Shown here in pieces: positions 42,544-56,125 of a DNA stretch of 64,000 nucleotides. The translations under genes and the position numbers were made by a program. Within the stretch, counting starts at the first letter, position 1, and every line of letters starts with the position of its first letter. The notes beneath the pieces were generated by a model. It saw nothing but the letters and a program-made list of their open reading frames with translations. It was not told the DNA's origin and made no database searches. Source of the DNA: an uncultured delta proteobacterium (GTDB lineage Bacteria; Myxococcota; Myxococcia; Myxococcales; Anaeromyxobacteraceae); contig CAWFDF010000012.1 of NCBI GenBank assembly GCA_963814585.1, forward strand, positions 96,001-160,000. The letters run 5' to 3'.

Positions 42544-44256
42544 ATGAGCGCGCTCGACGACTACCTCGCCCGACCCTGGGTGAAACACTACGACCCGGGC
42601 GTCCCCGCCGACGTCGCCGTCCCCGACCGCTCCGTCTCCCAGGCCTTCGACGAGGCCACCGAGCGCTTCCGCGACCGGACCGCCCTGGTCTTCTCCGACC
42701 GGAAGATCGGCTTCGCCGAGCTGCGCGACCAGGTGGATCGGCTCGCCACCGCCTTCGCCGCCCTCGGCCTCCGGCGCGGTGACCGGGTCGCCCTCTACCT
42801 GCTCAACAGCCCGCAGTTCGTCATCGCCTACTTCGCCGCGCTCAAGGCGGGCGGCGTGGTCACGGCCATCAGCCCCGTCTACACCAGCCACGAGATCCGC
42901 TTCCAGCTGGAGGACAGCGGGGCCCGCATCCTGGTCTGCCAGGACATCCTCCACGACAAGGTGGAGAAGGCCGGCGTGCGGGTCGAGCACGTCATCCTCA
43001 CCAGCGTGGGGGAGTACCTGCCGGCCCTCAAGCAGGCGGTGGGGCGGAGCTTCCTCGGCAAGGTCTTCCGCTCCCTGGCCGTCCCCGAGGCCTCGGCCGC
43101 GGCCCCTGGCACGCTCTCCTTCCAGGAGCTGCTGGCCCGCCACCCGCCCAGCCCGCCCGCCGTCGACATCGACCCCGGCGTCGACCTGGCGGCGCTCCCG
43201 TACACCGGCGGCACCACCGGCAACCCCAAGGGCGTGATGCTGACGCACCGCAACCTGGTGGCCACCCGCTCCTTCGCCACCGCGGTGATGGGCCTCGAGG
43301 AGGGGAAGGAGACGCTGCTGGCCTTCCTTCCCTTCTTCCACATCTACGGCCAGGTGGTGGTGATGTTCTCGGCCATCACCAGCGGCCACACCCAGGTGCT
43401 CTTCACCACGCCGGACCTGGACGCCATCCTCGAGGGGCTGGAGGACTGGCAGGCCACCGTGTTCTGGGGCGTTCCCACGCTCTACGAGACGCTCAAGGAG
43501 CACGAGAAGACCGGCCGGGTGAACTGGCGGAGGCTCAAGCTCATCGGCTGCGGCGCCGACACCCTGCACCAGTCGACGGCCGCGGGATGGCTGGCCCGCA
43601 CCGGCACGGGGATCCGCGAGGGGTACGGTCTCACCGAGTCGACCGCCGCCTCCCACCTCAACCCGCGCCGGGGATCGCGCCCCGGCTCCTTCGGGCTCCC
43701 CTTCCCGGGCCTCGACGCCGCGGTGGTCGATCCGGACGGCGCCACCTTCCTGGCGGTGGGCGAGGTGGGCGAGCTGCTGCTGGCCGGCCCCAACGTGATG
43801 CGCGGCTACTGGAACCGGCCGGAGGAGTCGGAGGCTTCCTTCCTCCGCGAGGGAGGCCGCACCTGGCTGCGCACCGGCGACCTGGTGCGCATGGATGCGG
43901 ACGGCTTCTTCCACTACGTGGACCGCCGCAAGGACCTCATCAAGTACAAGGGCTACTCGGTCTTCGCCAAGGACGTGGAGGACGTCCTCTACACCCACCC
44001 GAACGTCAAGGCCGCGGGCGTCATCGGCGTGCCGGATCCCACGGTGGGCGCCATCATCAAGGCGGTGGTGGTGCTCCAGCCCGAGGCCCGCGGGAAGCTG
44101 AGCGAAGACGAGGTCAAGGCCTTCTGCGCGGAGCGGCTGGCCCACTACAAGGTGCCCAGGATCGTCGAGTTCCGCGGCGAGCTGCCCAAGACGGACGTCG
44201 GCAAGGTGTCCCGGCGGGAGCTGCGTGACGAGCACCAGGGCGGCGGCCGTCCATGA
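42544..44256 (+). CDS. Long-chain fatty acid / aryl-CoA ligase (AMP-binding)
   Basis: YTGGTTGNPKG, EGYGLTE, TGD, YKVP, VGK. Confidence 0.92.
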   Translation: MSALDDYLARPWVKHYDPGVPADVAVPDRSVSQAFDEATERFRDRTALVFSDRKIGFAELRDQVDRLATAFAALGLRRGDRVALYLLNSPQFVIAYFAALKAGGVVTAISPVYTSHEIRFQLEDSGARILVCQDILHDKVEKAGVRVEHVILTSVGEYLPALKQAVGRSFLGKVFRSLAVPEASAAAPGTLSFQELLARHPPSPPAVDIDPGVDLAALPYTGGTTGNPKGVMLTHRNLVATRSFATAVMGLEEGKETLLAFLPFFHIYGQVVVMFSAITSGHTQVLFTTPDLDAILEGLEDWQATVFWGVPTLYETLKEHEKTGRVNWRRLKLIGCGADTLHQSTAAGWLARTGTGIREGYGLTESTAASHLNPRRGSRPGSFGLPFPGLDAAVVDPDGATFLAVGEVGELLLAGPNVMRGYWNRPEESEASFLREGGRTWLRTGDLVRMDADGFFHYVDRRKDLIKYKGYSVFAKDVEDVLYTHPNVKAAGVIGVPDPTVGAIIKAVVVLQPEARGKLSEDEVKAFCAERLAHYKVPRIVEFRGELPKTDVGKVSRRELRDEHQGGGRP

Positions 44257-45012
44257 GCGGCGACTTCTTCGAGGTCGCCGGGCTGACCAAGCGCTTCGGC
44301 GGCCTGGTGGCGGTCGACGACGTCTCCTTCCAGGTGCGGCGGGACGAGATGGTCGGCGTCATCGGCCCCAACGGCGCGGGGAAGACCACCCTGCTCCGGC
44401 TCATCACCCGCATCCTCCGGCCCGACTCGGGACGGATCCTGTGGAAGGGGCGCGACGTCACCGCCCTGCCGCCCTGGGAGATGGTGAACCTGGGGATCGC
44501 CGGGACCTTCCAGAACACCCGGCCCTTCCGCCGCCTCCCCATCATCGCCAACGTCATGGTGCCCTGCCTCTCCCGGCGCGGCCACCAGCGTGGGGAGTGG
44601 GTGAAGGTCATCGAGGCCAAGGCCATGGACGCGCTGGAGTTCGTCGGCATCTCCGACCTGGCCCGCGAGCCCGCCTCCTCGCTCTCCCAGGGCGACCTGA
44701 AGCGGCTCGAGGTGGCCAGGGCCATCGCCACCGAGCCCGAGCTGCTGCTCCTCGACGAGCCCTTCGGCGGCCTCAACCCGACCGAGTCGGACCTGCTGGC
44801 CCGATCCATCCGCCGCCTCCACCAGGGCGGGCGGTTCGGCCGGCTGCACAGCGAGGGTCCGGCCATGATCATCATCGAGCACAAGCTCAAGGAGCTGATG
44901 TCGATCGTCGACCGGGTCATCGTCATCAACTTCGGCGGCCTCCTCCTGGACGGCCGGCCGGAGGAGGTGGTGCGGGATCCCAGGGTCATCGAGGCCTATC
45001 TCGGGGTGGAGC

Positions 45013-45038
<26 letters not shown>
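44253..45038 (+). CDS. LivG-like ABC ATP-binding protein
   Basis: GPNGAGKT, LLLLDEP, IEH. Confidence 0.9.
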
Positions 45039-45762
<724 letters not shown>

Positions 45763-45775
45763 CGGCCCGGCCGGT

Positions 45776-46825
45776 TCAGCGCAGGTCGGCGCCGCAGACG
45801 CGGCAGGCGGTCCGGGTGGCCACGCTCCTGGCCTTGCAGCGCCGGCACTCCAGCTCGATCCGATCGCGCACCCAGTGGGCCACCCCCTGGGGCATGACCC
45901 GCAGGATCAGCAGCACCACCAGGGCGAAGATGAGCAGCCGGTGCTCGCCCAGCCAGGGCACCAGCGCCAGCAGCTCGGTCAGCGGGTAGAGCAGGAAGAC
46001 GCCGGCCACCGGGCCGTAGATGGTGGCCACCCCGCCGAACACGCCCCAGATCACCGCCTGGAAGGAGAGCGCCACCTCCAGCGTGGAGGGGCCGGCCACG
46101 CGCACGAAGTGGGCGTAGAGCCCTCCGGCGATCCCGCCGAAGAGGCCGGCCAGCGCGAAGGCCAGCAGCCGGTAGCGGGGCGTGTCGATGCCGGAGGCGC
46201 GCGCGGCCACCTCGTCCTCGCGGATGGCGTGGAGGAGCAGCCCGGTGTTGGAGTCGCCGATGAGCCACATGGCGAAGACCAGCACCAGCATGGTGAGGAC
46301 CGCCACGTAGTAGAAGCCGACCCGCGAGCGGACCAGCGGCTCGAGGCCGGAGAGGCCGAGCTCGCCGCCGGAGAGCGATGGGAGCGCGAAGAGGGCGCCG
46401 GTCAGGATGAGGGGGAACGCCAGCGTGGCCAGGCTCAGGTAGGACCCGCGCAGCCGGAGGCACGGCACGCCGGCCGCCACCCCCACGGCGGTGGCCAGCA
46501 GCGCGCCGGCCGGGACGGTCACCCAGGGGGTCCAGCCCAGGTGGTGGTGGAGGAGCGCCGACCCGTAGGCTCCGGCCCCGAAGTAGAGGGCCTGGCCCAG
46601 GCTCACCTGCCCGGAGAAGCCGGAGACCAGGTCCCAGCTGGCCGCGAAGATGGCGAAGAGGCTGGAGAGGATGACCACCCTCAGGACGTACGGATCCCGG
46701 GTCAGGAGCGGGAGGGTCAGCAGGCCGAGACAGAAGACCAGCACCAGGACCCGGCTGGGCAGCACCAGCACCTCGCCGCGGACGAAGCGCCAGCCACGCC
46801 GGGTCCAGCGCAGCAGCATGCTCAC
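45776..46825 (-). CDS. LivM-like ABC permease with C-terminal CxxC-CxxC
   Basis: GQVSLGQ, LRLRGSYL, AIREDE..A..GI; start at GTG 46825 (GTGA overlap) or ATG 46819. Confidence 0.9.
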   Translation of the reverse strand: MSMLLRWTRRGWRFVRGEVLVLPSRVLVLVFCLGLLTLPLLTRDPYVLRVVILSSLFAIFAASWDLVSGFSGQVSLGQALYFGAGAYGSALLHHHLGWTPWVTVPAGALLATAVGVAAGVPCLRLRGSYLSLATLAFPLILTGALFALPSLSGGELGLSGLEPLVRSRVGFYYVAVLTMLVLVFAMWLIGDSNTGLLLHAIREDEVAARASGIDTPRYRLLAFALAGLFGGIAGGLYAHFVRVAGPSTLEVALSFQAVIWGVFGGVATIYGPVAGVFLLYPLTELLALVPWLGEHRLLIFALVVLLILRVMPQGVAHWVRDRIELECRRCKARSVATRTACRVCGADLR

Positions 46826-47691
46826 CGCTCCTCCTCGAAGGCGACGCCGAAGAGCCCCTCGGGGCGCAGCAGGAGCACCGCCACCATGATGGTGAGCGCC
46901 ACCGCGCCCTTCAGGAAGGAGCCGGAGGGCAGGAGGAAGACGGTGGCCGCCTCGACGTAGCCGATGAGGAAGGCGGCGACGAGGCTGCCCTTCAGGCTCC
47001 CCAGGCCGCCCACCACCACGATGGCGAGGATGTTGACCAGCGGCCCCTGCCACATGAGCGGGTCGATGACCGCGAGCGGGGCGACCACCGCCCCGGCGAT
47101 GCCGGCCAGCGCCGCCGAGAGGGCCGCGCTCCACAGCTCGACGCGCCTCACGTTCATGCCCATGAGGTTGGCGACCTCCCGGTCGTTGGCGGTGGCCCGG
47201 ATGGCGACGCCCAGCCGGGTCCGCGTCAGGATCAGCCAGACGGCCGCCAGCGCCAGCGCCACCACCCCCAGGCTGAGGAGCTGCTGGTACGTGACCGTCA
47301 CCCCGAGGATGGCCAGGACGCCGTCGGCCCAGACCGGGTTGCCGAGGAAGTTGCCGCCGAAGGCCGCCAGCACCAGCTCCTGGAAGACCAGGGTGAGCGC
47401 GATGGTGGAGATCAGCACGGCCGAGTCGTGCTCCCGCACCGGCTCGATGACCAGGCGGTAGACCGCCAGCCCCAGCGCCACCACCGCCGCCACCGCCAGC
47501 GGGACGGCGGCGGCGGCCGGGACCCCGGCCACGTTGAGGAGGATGTAGACGAAGTACGCCGCCAGCATGTACAGGCCGGCGTAGGCGATATTCACGATCC
47601 GTGCGACCCCGAAGACCAGCGAGAAGCCCAGCGCCAGCAGCGCGTAGATCGCGCCGTTGACGAGGCCGGTGACGAGGATGGAGCGGAGCAA
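46822..47691 (-). CDS. LivH-like ABC permease
   Basis: YALLALGFSLVFGVARIVN, TRLGVAIRA, GGLGS. Confidence 0.9.
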   Translation of the reverse strand: MLRSILVTGLVNGAIYALLALGFSLVFGVARIVNIAYAGLYMLAAYFVYILLNVAGVPAAAAVPLAVAAVVALGLAVYRLVIEPVREHDSAVLISTIALTLVFQELVLAAFGGNFLGNPVWADGVLAILGVTVTYQQLLSLGVVALALAAVWLILTRTRLGVAIRATANDREVANLMGMNVRRVELWSAALSAALAGIAGAVVAPLAVIDPLMWQGPLVNILAIVVVGGLGSLKGSLVAAFLIGYVEAATVFLLPSGSFLKGAVALTIMVAVLLLRPEGLFGVAFEEER

Positions 47692-47709
47692 GGGGGGAGC
47701 GCTGGAGGA

Positions 47710-47733
47710 CCGGCCCCGCCGAGGCAGGGCCGG
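47710..47733 (-). terminator. GC-rich hairpin between SBP and permease genes (attenuating or mRNA-stabilising)
   Basis: CCGGCCCCGCC-GA-GGCAGGGCCGG inverted repeat just after the SBP stop; no U-tract. Confidence 0.4.
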
Positions 47734-47743
47734 CCCGGAGCCG

Positions 47744-49015
47744 CTACTTCTTCTTCATCTCGGGCGGCACCACGAAGGGCTTCACGCCCTTGAAGGTGAT
47801 GCCCTGCCAGCCGTTGGGGAAGAAGGCCACCAGCTTCCCGTCCTGCCACTGCACGCCCAGCGGGACGGTGTGGCCGGGGGCGAAGGTGACGTCGTGCCCC
47901 TTGTCGAAGGTGAGGCGGCTCGAGGTGCCGATGGTGTCGGTCTTCTCCAGCACCGGCACCACCTTGTCACCGTCCACCGAGCCGGCCCCGGTCGCGGCGG
48001 CGGCCAGGATCATCAGCGCGTCGTAGCTGGAGGCGGTGTAGGTCGGGAGCCTCCCGTACTTCTTCCGGAAGGCCTCGACGAAGGGCATGGTCTTGGGCGT
48101 CGACTCCACGTCGGCGTAGAAGTTCAGCGTGCTGACGTAGTTGCCCTTGCCACCGGTGGACTTCCAGAAGGTCTCCTTCTGGGCCTCGACGTTGATGCCG
48201 AAGACGATGGCCGGGAGCCGCATCTCGCCGGCCTGGCGTCCCAGGGCCACGCCCATGGGGCCGGACACGGCGGTGAAGACCAGGTGCGCGCCGGTGGCCC
48301 GGATGGCGGTGAGATCCGGGCCCACGTCGGTGGCGGTGGCCGAGGGCTGGAAGACGCCGACCAGCTCCATGCCCATCTTGGGGATGTTGGCCTGGGCGGC
48401 CTTGACGAAGCCCTCGGTCCAGGCGGCCTTCTCGGCGAGGACCGCCACCTTGACCGCCGGCACGCCCAGCTCCGCCTTCACCTGCGCGGCGATGGCCCCC
48501 AGCATGGCGTAGCTCGCCTTCACCAGGTCGGAGGAGCGCGGCGGGAGGATGCGGAACCAGTACTTGTAGCGCTCGTAGTCCTTCACCACGTTGTCGCTCA
48601 TCTTGTCGAGCGAGGCGCCGGTGACGATGAAGACCTTCTTGTTGTCCGCGGCCACCTCCTGCATGGCCAGCGCCGCCTCGGAGCGGAAGCCGCCCACGGC
48701 GAAGTCGATCTTGTCGCGGGTGATGGCGCGCTCCAGCGCGTTGGTGGCGTCGCCGACGTTCAGGATCTCGTTGGTGTCGACCTTGACGAGCTGGATGGGC
48801 CGCTTCACCGCGCCGACCTGCACGCCGCCGGCGGCGTTGAGCTCGTCGGCGGCCAGGCTGGCGCCGTTCCAGGCGTCCTCGCCCTGGATGAAGGCCATGG
48901 GCCCGACGATGCCGATCTTGATGGGGTCGCCCTTGGCCTGGGCCCGGGCGGCAGATGGGGCAGCGAGAACGGCGGAGAGGGCGAGCGCGGCGGCCAGGAA
49001 GCTTCGCGATGGCAT
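47744..49015 (-). CDS. LivK-like periplasmic substrate-binding protein
   Basis: Signal peptide; PIKIG, ELNAAGG, SYDA, VQWQDG. Confidence 0.9.
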   Translation of the reverse strand: MPSRSFLAAALALSAVLAAPSAARAQAKGDPIKIGIVGPMAFIQGEDAWNGASLAADELNAAGGVQVGAVKRPIQLVKVDTNEILNVGDATNALERAITRDKIDFAVGGFRSEAALAMQEVAADNKKVFIVTGASLDKMSDNVVKDYERYKYWFRILPPRSSDLVKASYAMLGAIAAQVKAELGVPAVKVAVLAEKAAWTEGFVKAAQANIPKMGMELVGVFQPSATATDVGPDLTAIRATGAHLVFTAVSGPMGVALGRQAGEMRLPAIVFGINVEAQKETFWKSTGGKGNYVSTLNFYADVESTPKTMPFVEAFRKKYGRLPTYTASSYDALMILAAAATGAGSVDGDKVVPVLEKTDTIGTSSRLTFDKGHDVTFAPGHTVPLGVQWQDGKLVAFFPNGWQGITFKGVKPFVVPPEMKKK

Positions 49016-49174
49016 GGGTGACTCCCGGTGGAGGCGAGGGGCTGCAGACGCGGGGATTCGATACCCTTGTAGGATCCGCGCCAGGCCCGCTACACCCCAT
49101 GTGGGACTCCCGTCGCTGGCGCGGTGCGTTGGGCTGCTGGCCTTGGCCGGCTGGTCAAGGTCGCGCCAGCCTCC

Positions 49175-50662
49175 TCACCAGTAGGGGTCCTTGAGCGGGT
49201 CCTCGGTGGACTCCGCCCTCCGAAAGGGATCGTCGACGGGGTCCGGGACCAGGTCGTCTGGCCCGGAGTCCTCCGGCCGTCTCGGCCGCTCGATCGACCA
49301 GGCGCCGCTCAGGTAGTCCAGGTCGGTGGCGCCCACGGCGGACCCCGGAGGGCTCAGGCGGGGAGGGCCCCGGAACCCGTGTGCCCCCGACGGGGAGGAG
49401 AAGTACTGGACCAGCAGGCGGTCCAGGGCCCTGGCCAGCTCGGGCTCGCTGGCGCTGGAGACGGTCCGGTGCAGCTCCGGGGCCAGCGTGGTGAAGGCCT
49501 CGAGCACGTCCGGGTCCAGGCTCTTCCCGCGCTCGACCTCGAGGATGTTCATGGTCTCCGCCAGGGAGAGCGGCTCCTTGTAGGGCCGGCGGGAGGTGAG
49601 CGCGTCGAAGACGTCCACCACCGTGAAGATCCGGGCCGAGATGGGGATCTCCCCGTCCTTGAGGCCGGCCGGATAGCCGGTGCCGTCCACCCGCTCGTGG
49701 TGGCACTGGACCACCTCCAGGGCGTCTCCGAGCCACTCGAACTTGCCGACGATCTCGACGCCGTAGCGGACGTGGGACTGCATGACGGCGAACTCCCGGA
49801 CGCTGAGCTGGCCAGGCTTGCGCAGCACGGCGTCGGCGATGCCCAGCTTCCCCACGTCATGGAGGAAGGCCCCCTTGATGAGCCCCCGGATCCGGTCGTG
49901 GGAGAGCCCCATGGTCCTGGCCAGGTGGATGGCGTAGATGGTGACCCGGTAGTTGTGGGCGCCCGTGCCGCGGTCCCGCCTCGCCACCGCGCTCCCCAGC
50001 GCGGCCAGCATCCCCATGTTGGCGTGGGCCAGGTCGTCGGAGAGCCGGAGCAGGTCGCGGTTCAGCCGCAGCATGAGCGGGAAGAACACCGCCGCCGTCA
50101 CGAAGACCACCAGCACCACCAGCAGGACCGCCAGGAGCAGCTCACGTTCCATCCGCTCCATGGCGCCGGGGTCCACCCGGAAGATCCCCTCGAAGGAGGC
50201 CAGCTTCCTGCCCCTGGACTCCAGCGGCGCATGCACGTGGACGAAGGAGACCCCGCCGATGGTGAGCCAGTCGTGCTCGAGCCGATCCCCGGCCGGATCG
50301 GTGTGGTGCTCGGCGTCCACCACCTTCTCGACCGCGGCGAAGTCCGGGTGGATCGCCTCGATGATCCGTTTCCGAGCCAGGTCGTAGATCTCGATGACCA
50401 CGAAGTGGCCCTCGGCGATGTGCTCGGCGAGCACGTGGGCCGTGAACTCGCTCCGGGCCTGCCCGTAGGCGTCCCCCCTCGCCGCCAGGAGGGTCTCGAC
50501 GTGTGACGCCAGGCCGCTCGACTCCTCCAGCGCCAGCGTGAGGATCCGCTGGTCGATGGCGCGGCGCTCCAGCAAGTACGCCGCGCCACCGCCGACCGCC
50601 GCCAGCGCGGCGGCAGCGAGGAGGAGGCGCACCAGGATCTTCCTGCGCAGGTTGCCGATCAT
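49175..50662 (-). CDS. Membrane-bound HD-GYP phosphodiesterase
   Basis: 2 TM plus periplasmic domain; HDVGK, HHERVDGTGYP. Confidence 0.9.
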   Translation of the reverse strand: MIGNLRRKILVRLLLAAAALAAVGGGAAYLLERRAIDQRILTLALEESSGLASHVETLLAARGDAYGQARSEFTAHVLAEHIAEGHFVVIEIYDLARKRIIEAIHPDFAAVEKVVDAEHHTDPAGDRLEHDWLTIGGVSFVHVHAPLESRGRKLASFEGIFRVDPGAMERMERELLLAVLLVVLVVFVTAAVFFPLMLRLNRDLLRLSDDLAHANMGMLAALGSAVARRDRGTGAHNYRVTIYAIHLARTMGLSHDRIRGLIKGAFLHDVGKLGIADAVLRKPGQLSVREFAVMQSHVRYGVEIVGKFEWLGDALEVVQCHHERVDGTGYPAGLKDGEIPISARIFTVVDVFDALTSRRPYKEPLSLAETMNILEVERGKSLDPDVLEAFTTLAPELHRTVSSASEPELARALDRLLVQYFSSPSGAHGFRGPPRLSPPGSAVGATDLDYLSGAWSIERPRRPEDSGPDDLVPDPVDDPFRRAESTEDPLKDPYW

Positions 50663-50713
50663 CGGTCGCCAGCCTAGTGCACTTCCGCGGCGCCCGGGCA
50701 GGTCGATAGCTCG

Positions 50714-52429
50714 CTATCCCCGCAGGGCGGCGACCAGCAGGCCCGGCACCCTGGCCAGGCCGGGGTGGGCCTCGAAGCGGGTGAGGCGGCGCCCCAGGTC
50801 GTCGGCAGCGGCGTGGGTGAGGAACCAGGGCGGCTTGGGCGAGAGGTGCAGCCGACCGCCCAGCCAGGCGCGCGGGAAGGGCTCGAAGGGCGCGTGGGTC
50901 ACCGTGCGCTCGACGCCGTGGAGCATGAAGGCGTTGTGGACCACCCCCTGCCCGCTCTGGATGTCCCGGTCCTCGTGACCCGGGAAGGCGCCCCAGGTCC
51001 CTTCCGCCAGGGCGAAGGCGAGGGCCACCCAGCTGTTCACGCCCACCGCCCCGTACCGCAGCCGGGAGATCCCCTGATCCAGCGCCGGTCCCAGCTCCGA
51101 CAGCGTCCGAGGGTGGGCGATGAGGCTGGCTCCCAGCGTCCCCTTGAGCCTGCCGTTGGAGAAGGCCACCGCCTCCTCCAGGAACTCGGCGGCGGTCCGT
51201 CCCGGCAGCGAGGTCTCCGCCAGCACGGCGCCGAAGGTCTCCTCGGTGAAGGCGTGGTGGCCGGCTTGATCCGGATCGAGGCCGGCGATGAGCGTGCGCG
51301 GCACCACGCCCGGGCCCGGCGGGTCGAGCAGCTCGGCGCCGGGGTAGGCCTTCAGCGCGGCGGCCTGGCGATCGGCGGCGCCCGGGTAGTAGGCCGGGCG
51401 GGCCGGCACGGCGCGGAAGACCTCTCGCAGGGCGTCGAGGAAGGCCTCCCGCTGTGGCCAGGCGGCGGGGAGCACCAGCACCTGCGAGGCCACGCAGTTG
51501 AAGCCGCCGTTGTGCAGCTTCTGGGTGGCCACGTGCTCGGCCTGGAAGCGCAGGTCGGCCTGGCTCCAGCGCCCGGGCAGCACCACCACCGGCCCCACGC
51601 CGCCCAGCTCCGCGGTGATGCGCTTGCGGCTCAGCGGCTCGCCGCGCAGCTTGCGGGCCGCCCCCTCCGGCCCGGTGCCGAAGCGCAGGGCGTCGTAGGT
51701 CCGCTCGCTGCCGGTGACGTGGATCTCGTCGACGCCGGGGTGGTTCGCCAGCCAGCCCCCCACGTCGGCGCCGCCGCGGGCCACCGCCAGGAAGCCGCGG
51801 TCGATGAACTCCGCGAACGCCTCCTCGAGGAACGGCGCCAGGTAGGCGTTGACCGGGTTCGGCTTGAGGAGGCAGACCCGGCCCTCGTTGTAGAGCTTGT
51901 GCAGGACGTCGAGCGGCGCGATCGACGCCACGTTGCCGGCCCCCAGCACCAGCGCCACCGCCCCGCCCTCCGGCGGCTGCTTGTAGCGCCGGGCCAGGTC
52001 GCGCTCGACCTCGGCCGGCGTCACCCCCGGCTGCAGCCAGACCTCGGCGCGCATGCCGTTGAGGAGGAGCCGGTCCCAGCCGGTCACCGGGAAGACGTCC
52101 ACCACCACCTGGCCGCCGGCGCGGGTCCGGATGGCGCCTCGGGGAAGCGGCGAGCGGCCTGCCGCCAGCGCCACCAGCGTCCGCTCCAGGGCGTTGATGC
52201 CGTGGAGCACCGCGTAGGGGCCCGAGATCCACTCCTCGCCCGACCAGGGCGAGCCATCCGGGAGCCCCTTGGCCGCCGCGGCGCTGGCCACCCAGCGTTC
52301 GGCCACTGCGTCGACTCTTGGCCGGAGCCGGCGCAGCAGGCCGAGCTGCTCGGAGATGTGGAGCCGGGCCCACTCCTCCTTGTGGGCGCGGACCGCCTCC
52401 ACGCGGCGATCCAGGTCGACGGTATCCAT
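50714..52429 (-). CDS. Aldehyde dehydrogenase family protein
   Basis: LGAGN, HVTGS, AELGG, NGGFNC, EETFG; GAGGA SD before ATG 52429. Confidence 0.88.
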   Translation of the reverse strand: MDTVDLDRRVEAVRAHKEEWARLHISEQLGLLRRLRPRVDAVAERWVASAAAAKGLPDGSPWSGEEWISGPYAVLHGINALERTLVALAAGRSPLPRGAIRTRAGGQVVVDVFPVTGWDRLLLNGMRAEVWLQPGVTPAEVERDLARRYKQPPEGGAVALVLGAGNVASIAPLDVLHKLYNEGRVCLLKPNPVNAYLAPFLEEAFAEFIDRGFLAVARGGADVGGWLANHPGVDEIHVTGSERTYDALRFGTGPEGAARKLRGEPLSRKRITAELGGVGPVVVLPGRWSQADLRFQAEHVATQKLHNGGFNCVASQVLVLPAAWPQREAFLDALREVFRAVPARPAYYPGAADRQAAALKAYPGAELLDPPGPGVVPRTLIAGLDPDQAGHHAFTEETFGAVLAETSLPGRTAAEFLEEAVAFSNGRLKGTLGASLIAHPRTLSELGPALDQGISRLRYGAVGVNSWVALAFALAEGTWGAFPGHEDRDIQSGQGVVHNAFMLHGVERTVTHAPFEPFPRAWLGGRLHLSPKPPWFLTHAAADDLGRRLTRFEAHPGLARVPGLLVAALRG

Positions 52430-52592
52430 GGGGTGCGTCCTCGGGCGGCGCGCGGCGCGGTTCGTGCCCCGGGCAGCGGTCCCCCTCAGTATCCCCCACC
52501 GCGGCCCGCGAACAAACCATGGCATGGCGAGCCCGGTCACCGGCCCGACAGCGCCCCTCGCCTGGCCCGAGCACGTCGCCAGGCACACGATG

Positions 52593-52671
52593 CCGCTGCT
52601 CCCTCCTCGGGCGCAAGCCTCGCTTCGGTCTCGGCTCTCTCGTCACGTCATCTTGCCTGGGGCGCGGCACT
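52593..52671. mobile_element. MITE-like repeat, copy 3 (right half recognisable)
   Basis: CCGCTGCTCCCTCCTCGGGCG..GCCTCGCTTCGGTCTCGGCTCTCTCGTCACGTCATCTTGCCTGG, near-identical to copy 2. Confidence 0.85.
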
Positions 52672-52736
52672 GGTGCCCGGGCCGCGCCCGCCCGGGTCCC
52701 TTGCGCCGGGCCCCGGCCCGGAGGCACGGTGCCCTC

Positions 52737-53534
52737 GTGCACGCCGTCGTCACCACCCCGCTGCGGCCGTCGCCCGACGAGGAGCGCGAGGCCGGCGAGG
52801 CGGCGCGGCGGCACGCCCTCCCCTGGGCGCCCCGCGGCCACGTCGGGCTGGAGCACCTGCTGGCCGAGGCCGGCGCGGAGGCCGCCCTGGTCCTCTCCTC
52901 CACCGCCTCCATCCTCGCCTCCGCGGCCGGCAGCCAGCGCTGGTCGGCCGGCATGGGCCTCATCCGCATGCGCCGGACGCTGGCCCGCCTCGGCGGACGG
53001 CCGGTCTCGGCCACCGATCGCGACCCGTTCCTGGAGGCGGCCGGGATCCGGCCCGGCGACGAGGTGCTCGACGCCACGCTCGGCCTCGGCGCCGATGCGC
53101 TGGTGGCGGCCGCGGCCTGCGGCCCGGGGGGCCGCGTGGTGGCGCTGGAGGCCTCGCCCGTCCTGGCCGCCTGGGTGGCCGAGGGGCTCCGCCGGCTCGC
53201 CGCGGAGCCGGCGCGCCGCATCGAGGTCCGGGCCGGGGAGCACCTCGCCGCGCTCGCAGCCATGCCGGCTCGCAGCTTCGACGTGGTGGTCTTCGACCCG
53301 ATGTTCCGGCACGCCCGCGCCCAGCCGGGCGGCTTCGAGCTGGTGCGGGCCCTGGCCGACCCGCGTCGGCTCGGCGCCGAGGCGGTGGCCGAGGCCCGCC
53401 GCGTGTCGCGCCGGTGGGTGGTGGTGAAGGACGGCGCCCCGGGCTGGGACCTGGCGCGGCTCGGCCTCACGCCGCTGCCGAGCGCGCGCGGCGCGCACCG
53501 GTATTACGCCCGGATCGAGGCGCTCCGCGAATAG
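52737..53534 (+). CDS. Class I SAM-dependent methyltransferase (RsmJ-like)
   Basis: [21 protein letters not shown]. Confidence 0.82.
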   Translation: MHAVVTTPLRPSPDEEREAGEAARRHALPWAPRGHVGLEHLLAEAGAEAALVLSSTASILASAAGSQRWSAGMGLIRMRRTLARLGGRPVSATDRDPFLEAAGIRPGDEVLDATLGLGADALVAAAACGPGGRVVALEASPVLAAWVAEGLRRLAAEPARRIEVRAGEHLAALAAMPARSFDVVVFDPMFRHARAQPGGFELVRALADPRRLGAEAVAEARRVSRRWVVVKDGAPGWDLARLGLTPLPSARGAHRYYARIEALRE

Positions 53535-53537
53535 GCT

Positions 53538-53600
53538 GGTGCCGCGGCCCAGGCAAGGTGCCTGCTGCGAGAGCCGATCCCCTCGTGGCGGCAGGCGGCA

Positions 53601-53602
<2 letters not shown>
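53538..53602. mobile_element. MITE-like repeat, copy 4 (left third fused to terminal GCGGCACT)
   Basis: GTGCCGCGGCCCAGGCAAGGTGCCTGCTGCGAGAGCCGATCC..GCAGGCGGCACT-AG; ends in the CTAG lon stop. Confidence 0.8.
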
Positions 53603-56047
<2,445 letters not shown>

Positions 56048-56125
56048 GAGATCTCCTGGCCGCGGCGGGTGGCGCCGCTGGGCGGAGATCTACCATCGTC
56101 GGGGGTCTTCCGGTACAAGCCCGCC

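Noticed and set aside
49068..49084. Sigma54 promoter for the SBP gene (TGGCGCGGATCCTACA, - strand)
   Set aside because: The -12 element reads AC instead of the conserved GC
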